Source: Balanoglossus misakiensis (taxonomy: Eukaryota; Animalia; Hemichordata). Taken from it: DNA of 64,000 nucleotides. Below the pieces are notes generated by a model. That model saw only the letters and a list, made by a program, of their open reading frames with translations. It did not search any database and was not told the DNA's origin. Numbering within the stretch: the stretch's first letter is position 1; every line of letters starts with the position of its first letter. The stretch is taken from positions 2,480,001 to 2,544,000 of the forward strand of contig CM082590.2 of the NCBI GenBank assembly GCA_040954595.2. The letters run 5' to 3'. The position numbers were made by a program, and so were the translations under genes. Positions 25,501-38,749 of this stretch are shown piece by piece.

Positions 25501-28500
25501 ATCATGATACATCATCAAGCTTGCTTCACAATTTACCCTGATGCAAAGAATCAGATTTAGTATCACGGTAGCATTAGCAATGTCAAATTACAGTGATTAT
25601 GGCCACGTATTAACCTGGGGATTTACAGACAACTTTAAATACCCATGCATATACATTTAATACCTATGTCAAAATGCAGAGCTTGCATCACCATATACTC
25701 CGATGCATTATTAAGCTTGCTTCACCATTTGCCCTGATGCAAAGAATCAGTTTAAATGTCACCGTTGTATTATCAATGTCTAATTACGGTGCTTTTGGAC
25801 TTGTATTAACCTGGGGATTTACAGTCAACTTTTAATCCCCCTGTATACATTTTAAACCCCGGTGTCAAAGTTTAGTGATTGCATCACCATTGACCCTGGT
25901 GCATCATCAAGCATTCTTCAGAATTTGCCCTGATGCAAAGAATCAGATTCAATATCACCCTTGCATTAGCAATTTTAAATTACAGTGCTTTTGGACATGT
26001 ATTAACCTGGGGATTTACAGTCAACATTAAATACCCATGCATAGGCATTAAATACCTATGTCACAATGCATAGCTTACATCACCATCTACTCTGATGCAC
26101 CATTATGCTCGCTACGCCATTTCCCCTAATGCAAAGAATGACATTCAATGTCACCATTGCATTTGCAATTGTAAATTACAGTGCTTTTGGCCATGTATTA
26201 ACCTAGGGATTTTCAATCAACTTTAAATCCCCATATGCGTTATATTCCATTGTCAATGTGAAGGGCTTGAAACACCATCTGTCCTGATGCATCATCAAGC
26301 TTGCTTCACAATTTACCCCGATGGAAAGAATCAGATTTAATGTCATGGTAGCATTAGCAATGTCAAACTACAGTGCTTATGGCCACGTATCAACCTGGGG
26401 ATTTACAATCAATTTTAAATCCCCATATGCGTTATATTCCAATGTCAATGTGAAGGGCTTGAAATACCATCTACCCTGATGCATCATCAAGTTTGTTTTG
26501 ACAACTTTAAATCCCCCTCAGCATGCATTTAATCCCCATGTCAAAGTGCAGAGCTTGCATCACCATCTATCCTGATGCATCATCAAGCTGCTTCGCCATT
26601 TGCCCTGATGCAAAGAATCAGATATAGTGTCACCATTGCATAAGCAATGTCAAATTACAGTGCTTTTGGACACGTATTAACACAGGGATTTATAATCTAT
26701 TTGAAATCCCTATATGCTTTTTATACCCATGTCTAAGCGAAGTGTTTGCATCACTATCTACTGTGATGCATCGTCAAGCATTCTCCGCCATTTGCCTTAA
26801 TGCAAAGAATCAGATTAAATGTCACTGTTGCATTCGCAATGTCAAATTACTGTGCTTTTGGCCACGTATTAACCTGGCGATTTACAGTCAACTTTAAACA
26901 TCTGTGCATATGCATTAAATACGCATGTCAAAGTGCAGTGTCTCCATCACCATTGATCCTGATGCATCACCAAGCATGCTTCGCTATATGCCCTGATGCA
27001 AAGAATCAGATTTAGTATCACAGTAGCATTAGCCATGTCAAATTACAGTGCTTTTGGCTATGTATTAACCTGGGGATTTACAATCAACTTTAAATCCCCA
27101 TATGCATTATATTCCAATGTCAATGTGAAGGGCTTGAAATACCATCTACCCTGATGCATCATCAAGTTTGTTTCGCCATTAACCCTGATGCAAATAATCA
27201 GTGTCACCATAGCATCAGCAATGTCAAATTACTGAGCATTTGGCCATGTATTAACTTGCGGGTTTACAATCAACTTCAAATCCCCATATGCATTATATTG
27301 CAATGTGAACTTGAACGGCTTGAAACACCATCTATACTGATGCATCATCAAGCTTTCTTCACAATTTACCCTGATGCAAAGAATCAGATTTAGTGTCGCC
27401 ATAGCATTAGCAATAGCAAATAAAAGTGCTTTCGGCCACATATTAACCCAGGGATTTATAATCAACTTGAAATCCCTATATGAATTTTATACCTATGTCA
27501 AAGCGAAGTGCTTGCATCAATATCTACCGTGATGCATCATCAAGCTTGCTTCGCCATTTGCCCTAATGCAAAGAATCAGATTCAATGTCACTGTTGCATT
27601 AGCAATGTCAAATTATAGTGCGTTTGGCCGTATACTAACCTGGGGATTTACAATCAACTTTAAATCCCCATATGCATTATATTCTAATGTCAATGTGAAG
27701 GGCTTGAAACACCATCTATCATGATGCATCATCAAGCTTGCTTCACCATTTTCCCTGATGCAAAAAATCAGATTTAGTGTCATGGTAGCATTAGCAAATC
27801 CCTATATGCATTTGATACCCATGTCAAAGTGAAGTGTTTGCATCACTATCTACCGTGATGCATCATCAAGCTTGCATCGCCATTCACCCTTATGCAAAGA
27901 ACCAGATTCAATGTCACCGTTGCATTAGCAATGTCAAATTACAGTGCTTATGGCCACGTATTAACCTGAGGATTTACAGTCAACATTAAATACCCATGCA
28001 TATCCATTAAATACCTATGTCAAAGTGCAGAGCTTGCATCACCATTTACTCTGATGCACCATTAGGCTTGCTACGCCATTTCCCCTAATGCAAAGAATCA
28101 CATTCAATGTCACCATTGCATTAGCAATTTTAAATTACAGTGTTTTTGGCCATGTATTAACCTATGGATTTGCAATTAACTTTAAATCCCCATATGCGTT
28201 ATATTCCAATGTCAAGTGAAGGGCTTGAAACACCATCTATCCTGATGCATCATCAAGCTTGCTTCACAATTTACCCTGATGCAAAAAATCACATTCAGCG
28301 TCACCATTTCATTAGCAATGTCAAATTACAGTGCTTATTGCCACGTATTAACCTGGGAATTTACAGACAACTTTAAATACCCATGCATATACATTAAATA
28401 CCTATGTCAAAGTGCAGAGCTTGCATCACCATCTACTCTGATGCATCATTAGGTTTGCATCGCCATTCCCCATAATGCAAAGAATCAGATTCAATGTCAC

Positions 28501-31500
28501 CCTTGCATTAGCAATTTTAAATTACAGTGCTTTTGGACATATATTAACCTGGGGATTTACAGTCGACATTAAATACCCATGCATATGCATTAAATATCTA
28601 TGTCAAAGTGCAGAGCTTGCATCACCATCTACTCTGATGTACCATTATGCTTGCTACGCCATTTCCCCTAATGCAAAGAATGACATTCAATGTCACCATT
28701 GCATTTGCAATTTTAAATTACAGTGCTTTTGGCCATGTATTAACCTAGGGATTTTCAATCAACTTTAAATCCCCATATGCGTTATATTCCATTGTCAATG
28801 TGAAGGGCTTGAAACACCATCTGTCCTGATGCATCATCAAGCTTGCTTCACAATTTACCCCGATGGAAAGAATCAGATTTAATGTCACGGTAGCATTAGC
28901 AATGTCAAACTACAGTGCTTATGGCCACGTATCAACCTGGGGATTTACAATCAATTTTAAATCCCCATATGCGTTATATTCCAATGTCAATGTGAAGGGC
29001 TTGAAATACCATCTACCCTGATGCATCATCAAGTTTGTTTCGCCATTAACCCTGATGCAAATAATCAGTGTCACCATAGCATTAGCAATGGCAAATAAAA
29101 GTGCTTTCGGCCACATATTAACCCAGGGATTTATAATCAACTTGAAATCCCCATATGAATTATATACCTATGTCAAAGCGAAGTGCTTGCATCAATATCT
29201 ACCGTGATGCATCATCAAGCTTGCTTCGCCATTTGCCCTAATGCAAAGAATCAGATTCAATGTCACTGTAGCATTAGCAATGTCAAATTACAGTGCTTTT
29301 GGCCATACAATCAACTTTAAATCCCCATGTGCGTTATATTCCAATGTCAATGTGAAGGGCTTGAAACACCATCTATCATGATACATCATCAAGCTTGCTT
29401 CACAATTTACCCTGATGCAAAGAATCAGATTTAGTATCACGGTAGCATTAGCAATGTCAAATTACAATGATTATGGCCACGTATTAACCTGGGGATTTAC
29501 AGACAACTTTAAATACCCATGCATATACATTTAATACCTATGTCAAAATGCAGAGCTTGCATCACCATATACTCCGATGCATCATTAAGCTTGCTTCACC
29601 ATTTGCCCTGATGCAATGAATCAGATTAAATGTCACCGTTGTATTATCAATGTCAAATTACGGTGCTTTTGGACTTGTATTAACTCAGGGATTAACAGTA
29701 AACTTTTAATCCCCCTGTATACATTTTAAACCCTGGTGTCAAAGTTTAGTGATTGCATCACCATTGACCCCGGTGCATCATCAAGCATTCTTCAGAATTT
29801 GCCCTGATGCAAAGAATGAGATTCAATATCACCCTTGCATTAGCAATTTTAAATTACAGTGCTTTTGGACATGTATTAACCTGGGGATTTACAGTCAACA
29901 TTAAATACCCATGCACATGCATTAAATACCCATGTCACAATGCATAGCTTGCATCACCACCTACACCAATGCATCATTAAGCTTGCTTAGCCATTTCCCC
30001 TAATGCAAAGAATTACATTCAATGTCACCATTTCATTAGCAATGTCATATTACATTGCTTTTGGACGCGTATTAACCCAGGGATTTGTAATCAACTTGAA
30101 ATCCCCATATGCATTTAATACCCATGTCAAAGTGAACTGTTTGCATCACTATCTACTGTGATACATCATCAAGCCTGTATCGCCATTTACCCTGATGCAT
30201 AGGATCACATTCAATGTCACCGTTGCATTTGCAATGTCAACTAAAATTTCTTTTGGCCACGTATTAACCTAGGAATTTACAATCAACTTTAAATCCTCAT
30301 ATGCATAGTATTCCAATATCAATGTGAAGGGCTTGAAACATCATCTATCCTGATGCATCATCAAGCTTGCTTCACCATTTTCCCTGATGCAAAGAATCAG
30401 ATTTAGTATCACGGTAGCATTAGCAATGTCAAATTACAGTGCCTATGGCCACGTATTAACCTCGGGATTTACGGACAACTTTAAATACCCATGCATATAC
30501 ATTTAATACCTATGTCAAAGTGCAGAGCTTGCATCACCATTTACTCCGATGCATTATTAAGCTTGCTTCACCATTTTCCCTGATGCAAAGAATCAGATTA
30601 AATGTCACCGTTGTATTAGCAATGTCAAATTAAAGTGCTTTTGGACTTGTATTAACCTGGGGATTTACAGTCAACTTTTAATCCCCCTGTATACATTTTA
30701 AACCCCGGTGTAAAAGTTTAGTGATTGCATCACCATTGACCCTGGTGCATCATCAAGCATTCTTCAGAATTTGCCCTGATGCAAAGAATCAGATTCAATG
30801 TCACCCTTGCATTAGCAATTTTAAATTACAGTGCTTTTGGACATGTATTAACCTAGGGATTTACAGTCAACATTAAATACCCATGCACATGCATTAAATA
30901 CCTATGTCAAAATGCATAGCTTGCATCACCATCTACTCCAATGCATCATTAAACTTTTAGCCATTTCCCCTAATGCAAAGAATTACATTCAATGTCACCA
31001 TTTCATTAGCAATGTCAAACTACAGTGCTTTTGGTTGCGTATTAACCCAGGGATTTGTAATCAACTTGAAATCCCCATATGCATTTAATACCCATGTCAG
31101 AGTGAACTGTTTGCATCACTATCTACCGTGATGCATCATCAAGCCTGTATCGCCATTTACCCTGATGCATAGAATCAGATTCAATGTCACCGTTGCATTA
31201 GCAATGTCAAATAAAAGTGCTTTTGGCCATGTATTAACCTAGGGATTTACAATCAACTTTAAATCCCCATATGCATTATATTCAAAAGTCAATGTGAAGG
31301 GCTTCAAACACCATCTATCCTGATGCATCATCACGTTTGCTTCACAATTTACCCTGATGCAAGAATCAGATTTAGTGTCACGGTAGCATTAGCAATGTCA
31401 AATTACAGTGCTTTTGGCCACGTATTAACCTGGGGATTTACAGTCAACATTAAATATCAATGCGCATGCATTAAATACCCATGTCAAAGTGAAGTGTTTG

Positions 31501-32080
31501 CATCACTATCTACCGGGATGCATCATCAAGCTTGCATCGCCATTTACCCTGATGCAAAGAATCAGATTCAATATCATCGTTGCATTAGCAATGTCAAATT
31601 ACAGTGCTTATGGCCACGTATTAACCTGAGGATATACAATCAACTTTAAATCCCCATATGCGTTATATTCCAATGTCAATGTGAAGGGCTTGAAACACCA
31701 TCTATCATGATGCATCATCAAGCTTGCTTCACAATTTACCCTGATGCAAGAATCAGATTTAGTGTCACGGTAGCATTAGCAATGTCAAATTACAGTGCTT
31801 TTGGCCACGTATTAACCTGGGGATTTACAGTCAACATTAAATACCCATGCACATGCATTAAATACCTATGTCAAAGTGAAGTGTTTGCATCACTATCTAC
31901 CTGGCTGCATCATCAAGCTTGCATCGCCATTCCCCCTAATGCAAAGAATCAGATTCAATGTCATCGTTGCATTAGCAATGTCAAATAAAATTGCTTTTGG
32001 ACACGTATTAACCCAGGGATTTCAGTCAACTTTTAGTATCCCTGTATGCATTTTAAACCCCGGTGTCAACGTTTAGTGAT
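13584..32080. repeat. Satellite DNA array, ~191-196 bp monomers, roughly 95 copies, with higher-order duplications
   Basis: Tandem GCATTAGCAATGTCAAATTACAGTGCTTTTGGCCACGTATTAACCTGGGGATTTACAATCAAC...CCTGATGCATCATCAAGCTTGC...CCTGATGCAAAGAATCAGATT. Measured spacings are 191 and 196 bp. Near-identical pseudo-ORFs recur at offsets of 287, 387, 2731, 5424, 6671 and ~7060. Confidence 0.97.
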
Positions 32081-32149
32081 TAACTTCTTTGCTATTTAAA
32101 CATTACATTTTGAGTAAAAGGGGTGAAATGGGATTAAAGTTTATAGTGA

Positions 32150-32232
32150 CATATCGAAAAGAATCTATTTCAATTCGTTCATTTCTGAAATCATATCGAA
32201 AAGAATCTATTTCAATTCGTTCATATCTGAAA
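32150..32232. repeat. Two-copy ~42 bp tandem duplication
   Basis: CATATCGAAAAGAATCTATTTCAATTCGTTCATWTCTGAAA occurs twice. Confidence 0.85.
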
Positions 32233-32427
32233 TATGATAATACGAATATGCATGTTTTATTCGCCATATATGAACACCAATGAAAAGTTATGTTTCCAGC
32301 TTAGGTATCGGTGGATTTGAACCACCTGACATCAGAAGACGCCTCCAGAATACCTTTAAATTGGTTGCATAATTTTCATGTGAATGTTCATAATATAGCG
32401 AGTGATTAATCCCTAATTTATTGTTTT

Positions 32428-32458
32428 GGGGGGGGGGGGTGGGGGGGGGGGGGGGGGG
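32428..32458 (+). repeat. Poly-G tract with G-quadruplex potential
   Basis: About 30 nt, almost all G. A second tract lies at 57900-57918. Confidence 0.85.
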
Positions 32459-32847
32459 AGTTCAAGTAGCATATCTTGCAGGCCAATTTGAAACAATGTG
32501 TCATGTGGTTAAACTGAAAGAAATTAACCAATATAGTTTCAGCTCTTTTTGAAACAAGGTGTCATTTGGTTGAACAATGGGCCAGTCAAAATAGCATCTG
32601 CTAATTATGCACACAATAGTGTGATGGGTTAGTGGGTTAAGTTTACTTTTACCTTAGCGTTATATAACACACTATCGTGTACATAATCTCGCAGAGCTCA
32701 TTCACAATTGTTTTAAAATAAAGCAAGATAACTACATGTATGATAACACACATCTAATTTACGCGCCTAAAGGGCAGTTAAAAAACCTCATACCAATTAC
32801 AAAAGAGGGAAAAAAAACTGTCCTCTCCTCCTCTCACCCCATGATCT

Positions 32848-33580
32848 AAGCTAAATTTGGAATTTGGATGGGGTGGGGAGGTTAAGCTAACCTAACATTG
32901 TGCTAACATTTTCTGCCTGTCTGTCGCGTACAATGTGTCGATGCGCGAATACAATCACGGGTACCGTTGCGAGAAATTCCACCGAATAACGATGCTGACG
33001 AGTATTATCTATCTGAGAAATAATAGCATGTTATTCATAAAATATACACATTAACCAATGAATAAACCAACATGATTATTAGACCTTGGACACTTATTTA
33101 ACATTTTATCATTATTATACCTCTGTCATCATCATCAATATTAACACCCTTTTTATACTTAATATCACCATAAGCCATCACCACAATTATTAATCGTTAT
33201 TATACCCTTGCACAATTGTTACCCTTATTAAACCCGACACAGTTATTACTATTATTATACCCTTCTCATTCATATACCCATTATAACCTGTGTACACAAG
33301 CCATCATCATATTATAAACCCGTTATACCTTTATACCACATTTGTTACCCTAATATTATTCCCTTCATACAAGCAACCGTTGTTACCCCTTTATAACCTG
33401 TGTACACTCAAATTTTACCATAAAACCATCATCACATTTGTAACCCTTTTATTAAACCAAATTCAAATTTGTTCACCGTTATTATACCATACACATTTCG
33501 GAACCTATTATCATACCCTGCACAAAGCCATTGCTGTTAACCTAATTTTAAAACAAGTAATCACTACCAATTATTAACCC
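32848..33580 (+). repeat. Dispersed repeat copy B, homologous to 9672-10300
   Basis: Diverged direct repeat of copy A. Confidence 0.75.
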
Positions 33581-33678
33581 GATTTATTGGACTATTAAGT
33601 TTTATATTACGATCACCTCGTTTTGTACGTCTATATTACTCTATCTTATAATTTTGGTCAATAGGATATTATGTTGAA

Positions 33679-34160
33679 ACTCCACTTCTCCATTCTTCCA
33701 CTTCTCCATCCTTTAGGTTGACGCTCCATCCATCCATCCATCAAAGTTTATATTAGTAGGTTGACTATGGTTGACTCTCCGCTCCATCCTCCCATCAAAT
33801 TTTACGTTAGTTGGTTGATTATGGTGTTACCAGTGTGCCCTACAGGAAAGAAAAAGAGGAAAAAACAGAGAAAAAACTCCACTTCTCCATCCTTCCACTT
33901 CTCCATCCTTTAAGTTGACGCTCCGCGGCACCATCCATCCATCAAAGTTTATATTTTAGTAAGTTGACTATGGTTGACGCTCCGCTCCATCCATCCATCA
34001 AAGTTTATATTAGTAGGTTGACTATGGTTGACGCTCCGCTCCATCCATCCATCAAAGTTTATATTAGTAGGTTGACTATGGTTGACACTCCGCTCCATCC
34101 ATCCATCAAATTTTACGTTAGTAGGTTGATTATGGTGTTACCATTGGGGCCTACAGGGAA
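33679..34160. repeat. 54 bp minisatellite inside a ~200 bp duplication
   Basis: Units of CTCCGCTCCATCCATCCATCAAAGTTTATATTAGTAGGTTGACTATGGTTGACG explain the 18-aa periodicity of ORF 33964..34362. Confidence 0.85.
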
Positions 34161-36946
34161 AAAAAGAAAAAAAAGAGAAAAGAAGAGAAAAAAAGAAAGA
34201 AAGAAAGAAAGAGAGAGAGAAGGAGAAGAGTACCGGTGGGACCTACAAAAAAAAAAGAATGAAAGAATTAAATGCATGAAATCAATGATAATAATAGGAT
34301 TAATTTGGCAAGCCAGCCCAACCCAACATACTGCGGGTCAAGGGGTACATATCATCAATTAATGAAAAAAAAATAAAGTGCAACAAACATTGGCTAGGTC
34401 AAAGCAGTTCCTATGGATACCAGAGAGTGCCAATGCTGTATCTGCTATGTATATAGGAAAGCAGATCAAAGGTCACCAAGAGCTCACCCAAAATTGTCAA
34501 CAAATGTTTCTTCCAAAATTATCAGTGTAAAATGAAAAACAAGACTTCTGGCTCTATTGGTTAACCTGGTAATTAGGTGTTCCAGCCCTCAAAATTTGAA
34601 GGCGTTATCTGCTGTGCATGCCAAGGCAGGGAAAATAGGTTAAAGGTAACCAAAGCTAACAAAAATGTCAGAAAAAAATGTGATCGCATACTGGTGAATG
34701 TTCAAGAAAACCCAGACTCAAAGCTTCATTATCTAGTCTACAATTACGTAAGCACATATTTATAAGGTTATCATTGGTCAAGAAATTCAGCAAAAAAATT
34801 AAGTCCAATAGTAGAGCATGTTCATAAAAAATTCAACCTGTAACAATATGGGTAAGCTCAGCATTAGATATTCACATATTTAATAAGCTCAACATTGGTC
34901 CAGTGGATTCCAAATGTAACAAAAAAAGCTAAGTCCCATACTTGTCCATATACATCAAAAACCAAACCTCTAGTGCTATTAGTCTAGTCGCCATAAGATA
35001 TTCAGAAAAGAATACAGGTGCCAAACTTAGGACAAAGTTCAATGCCAATATTATCAAAAAAATTGGGTTATGTCCTGGCAGCAGTACTATTCGTGTGAAA
35101 AATAAATCATCACTGTTTTGCTTTTCAACAAGAGGCATATCCACGAATAATTAAGTTCTGAAAAAAAAATGGATCAAAGTACATGCGAAAGTTGCCAAAA
35201 AATGCAACGTATTCTGGTCATATGGTGACTCGTATCTATAAAAAGAATTGGTGTGCAATCAAAGTTTTTAATCAGAATTCATAAAATCCAATTTGGCTTC
35301 AATAAACTTTAATTAAGTTCTGAAAGATCTGGATCAAAAGACAAATGAAAGTTGCCTAAAAATTTGTATTATTAAGTGTTGGAAAAACTGGATTAAAGGA
35401 CATGTGCAATATGCCAAAAATGGTAACATATTCTGGTCATATAGTGAGTCATATACATATAAATAATGTTTGTGCTATCAATGAGTAGGCCATAAATAGG
35501 AAATCTTAGTTTTAAATCGTTGTTCAGAAAATCCAATTTGGCTCCAATAAGGTTTAACCAATCACAATTCACTTGAAAACTTGATTAGAAAAAGTGTTTT
35601 AATGATATTTTTCAAAAATCTAATAAGGAATTCTAAGTCACATGACTACTAGCAATATTACAGTCAAACTTTGAACTGCACAGTATATTCGAACTTGATT
35701 GTCCCTGTAGTTTTGGAAAAGAACTGTCATCTTTTAAAGGTTATCAGAAAATCCAATATGGCCACCCTGAAGAAGACAATTAAAGGAACATGCAGCATTA
35801 CAGGGACCAAAGCAGTTAGCATGGTTCCAACAGAAAGCAAACTCTGTATCTGTTGTGGATGCTTAGAAATGGTAGGTAAGCCAGAGGTCACGGAAATTTG
35901 TGGCAACAAATTTTGACATCAAACTGATCAGTGTTCAACAAAAAAACAGACTTTTATTCTCAATTGGTTAACTAGAAAAAGCTTATGTACACAACTTTTG
36001 TGTTAAAGTTTAATACTTTATTAGGTGTTTAAGGCCTAAAAATCTGAAGGCTGTATCTGCTGTGCAGGCCAGGTTATGGGAAAGTACATCAAAGGTCATT
36101 GCCAAAATTATCAAAATATTTGGGTTATGTCCTGGCAGCAGTAGTACTCTTTGAACAAAATCATGACTGTTGAGCTTTTTATCAAGAGCCATATCCACAT
36201 AAAATTAAGTTATGGAATTACTGGATCAAAGGACATGCGAGAGTCGCCAACAAATTGTTTAATCAAATACTGAAAAAAAACTGGATCAAAGAACATATGA
36301 AAGTTGTCAAAAAATGTAACATATTCTAGTCATATGGTGACTCGTATCCACAGAAAGAATTTGTGTGCTTTCAATGAGTAGGATAAAAAAAGGAATTTTA
36401 GCTTTTAATCGGAGTTCAGAAAATCCAATTTGGCTCTGATAAGGTTAAACCAATCACAATTCACTTGAAAACTTGATTAGAAAAAGATTTTCGTAATTTT
36501 TGAATGAGATTTTTAAAAAATCCAATAAGGCACCAAAAGTCACATGACCACTAATGATATTTTATCAAACTTTCAACCGCACAGTAAATTAGAACTTGAT
36601 TGGCCCTGTAGTTTATGAAAATGTCAACCTTTAAAGCTTATTAGAAAATGCAATATGGCCGCCATGAAGAAGACAATTACAACTAAAAGTAGCATTGGAG
36701 GGACCAAGGTGTTAAGCATGGTTCCAACAGAAAGCAGAGGCTGTGTCTGTTGTGGATGCCCAGAAATGGTAAAGTACGCCAGAGGTGAGGCAAAATGTGC
36801 CAACAAAATTTGATACCAAACTGATCAGTGTCCAACAAAAAGCAGACTTCTACGCTTTATTGGTTAACTTTAAATAGCTCATATACATAATTAGTGTGTT
36901 AAAGTTAACACATGCACTTCATTAGGTGTTCCAGTCCTCTAAATTT

Positions 36947-38749
36947 ACAAGTGACCTATTGGTCAAATGAGCTCTGCTGACCTTAACAGTGTAACCTGGG
37001 CGATGATATGAATACCCTAGGTTTTAATTCATAACAATTGTATTCTATTGAACAAAACCAAACATAGACATCACAAGTATTTATCCAAATTCAGCTTGAT
37101 TCATTGCACTAAAGAAAGAAAGAATTGAATTCTAAAGAACAACATCAAAAGGAAGTACCAATGTTCTAATTTGCATATTCATGACCCCATCAAAATTCCA
37201 ATAAAACAAAATCAGGTAGGGGCACCATAACACACATTCTACCAAATTTCAACTCCATCGTACATGTATTTAGGGAGAAGATTTTTTTACCAAAAATTAT
37301 ATTTTTAGATCTAATTTGCATATTTATGACCCCATCATATCCAAATTAGCAAAATCAGGTAGGGGCACCATAACACACATTCCTACTAAATTTCAGCGCC
37401 ATCGTACATGTAGTTAGGGAGAAGAAGATTTTTGACCAAAAATTCTATTTTTAGATCTAATTTGCATATTTATGACCCCATCATATCCAAATTAGCAAAA
37501 TCAGGTAGGGGCACCATAACACACATTCCTACTAAATTTCAGCGCCATCGTACATGTAGTTAGGGAGAAGAAGATTTTTGACCAAAAATTCTATTTTTAG
37601 ATCTAATTTGCATATTTATGACCCAATCAAATCCAAATTAACAAAATCAGGTAGGGACACTATAACACACATTCCTACTAAATTTCAGCTCCATCGTACA
37701 AATAGTTAGGGAGAAGAAGATTTTTTACCAAAAATTATATTTTTAGATCTAATTTACATATTCATGACCCGATCATATCCAAATTTATAAAATCAGGTAC
37801 GGGCATCATAACACACATTCCTACCATATTTCAGCTCCATCGTACATGTAGTTAGGGAGAAGAAAATTTTTGACCAAAAATTATATTTTTAGATCTAATT
37901 TGCATATTTATGACCCCATCAAATCCAAATTTACAAAATCAGGTAGGGGCACCATAACACACATTCCTACCAAATTTCAGCTCCATTGTACATGTAGTTA
38001 TGGAGAAGAAGATTTTTTACCAAAATTCTATTTTTAGATCTAATTTGCATATTTATGACCCCATCAAATCCAAATTTACAAAATCAGGTAGGGGCACCAT
38101 AACACACATTCCTGCCAAATTTCAGGTCCATTGCACATGTAGTTGTGGAGAAGAAGATTTTTACCAAAAGTTCTATTTTTAGATCTAATTTGCATATTCA
38201 TGACCCCATCAAATCCAAATTAACAAAATCAGTTAAAGGCACCATAACACATATTCCAACCAAATTTCAGCTAAATATGCCCAGTTGTTTTAAAGAAGAA
38301 GATTGAAATACAAAAAGTTGACGGACGACAGACGACTGACGACAGACGACGGACGACGGACGGACACTTATCAACCTACTGCTACAGCTCGGCTGACACA
38401 AGTGACAGCAGAGCTAAAAATCAGGTAGGGACACCATAACACACATTCCTACCAAATTTCAGCTCCATCGTACATGTAGTTAGGGAGAAGAAGATTTTTT
38501 TACCAAAATTTTTATTTTTAGATCTAATTTGCATATTCATGACCCGATCAAATCCAAATTAACAAAATCAGGTAAGGGCACCATAACACACATTCTAACC
38601 AAATTTCAGCTAAATATGCCAAGTAGTTTTATAGAAGAAGATTGAAATACCAAAAGTTGACGGACGACGGATGACGGACGACAGACGACGGACAGACATT
38701 TATCAACCTACTGCTACAGCTCGGCTGACACAAGTGACAGCAGAGCTAA
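36947..38749 (+). mobile_element. Non-autonomous Helentron-like element (HINE/DINE-1/pearl architecture) with a duplicated 3' end
   Basis: The 5' end has ACAAG, a small hairpin and AGCTCTGCTG, which is inverted at the 3' end (CAGCAGAGCT). Inside are ~146 bp tandem repeats, a (GACG/GACA)n microsatellite and a terminal stem-loop (38388-38415, again 38718-38747). It interrupts AAATTTAAAAGCTG, which is intact in other macrosatellite units. Confidence 0.85.
37165..38290. repeat. ~146 bp tandem repeats within the HINE
   Basis: About 7-8 copies of AAAATCAGGTAGGGGCACCATAACACACATTCCTACCAAATTTCAGC...GATCTAATTTGCATATT. Confidence 0.92.

Noticed and set aside
13584-32080. CRISPR-like array or repetitive protein gene (many 60-170 aa ORFs)
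   Set aside because: There are no unique spacers or cas genes, the monomers are wholly homologous, their lengths are not multiples of 3 and stops occur in every frame.
32308-32326. B-box-like GGTTCAAATCC on the minus strand suggesting a tRNA or SINE
   Set aside because: I found no matching A box or cloverleaf at the expected distance.
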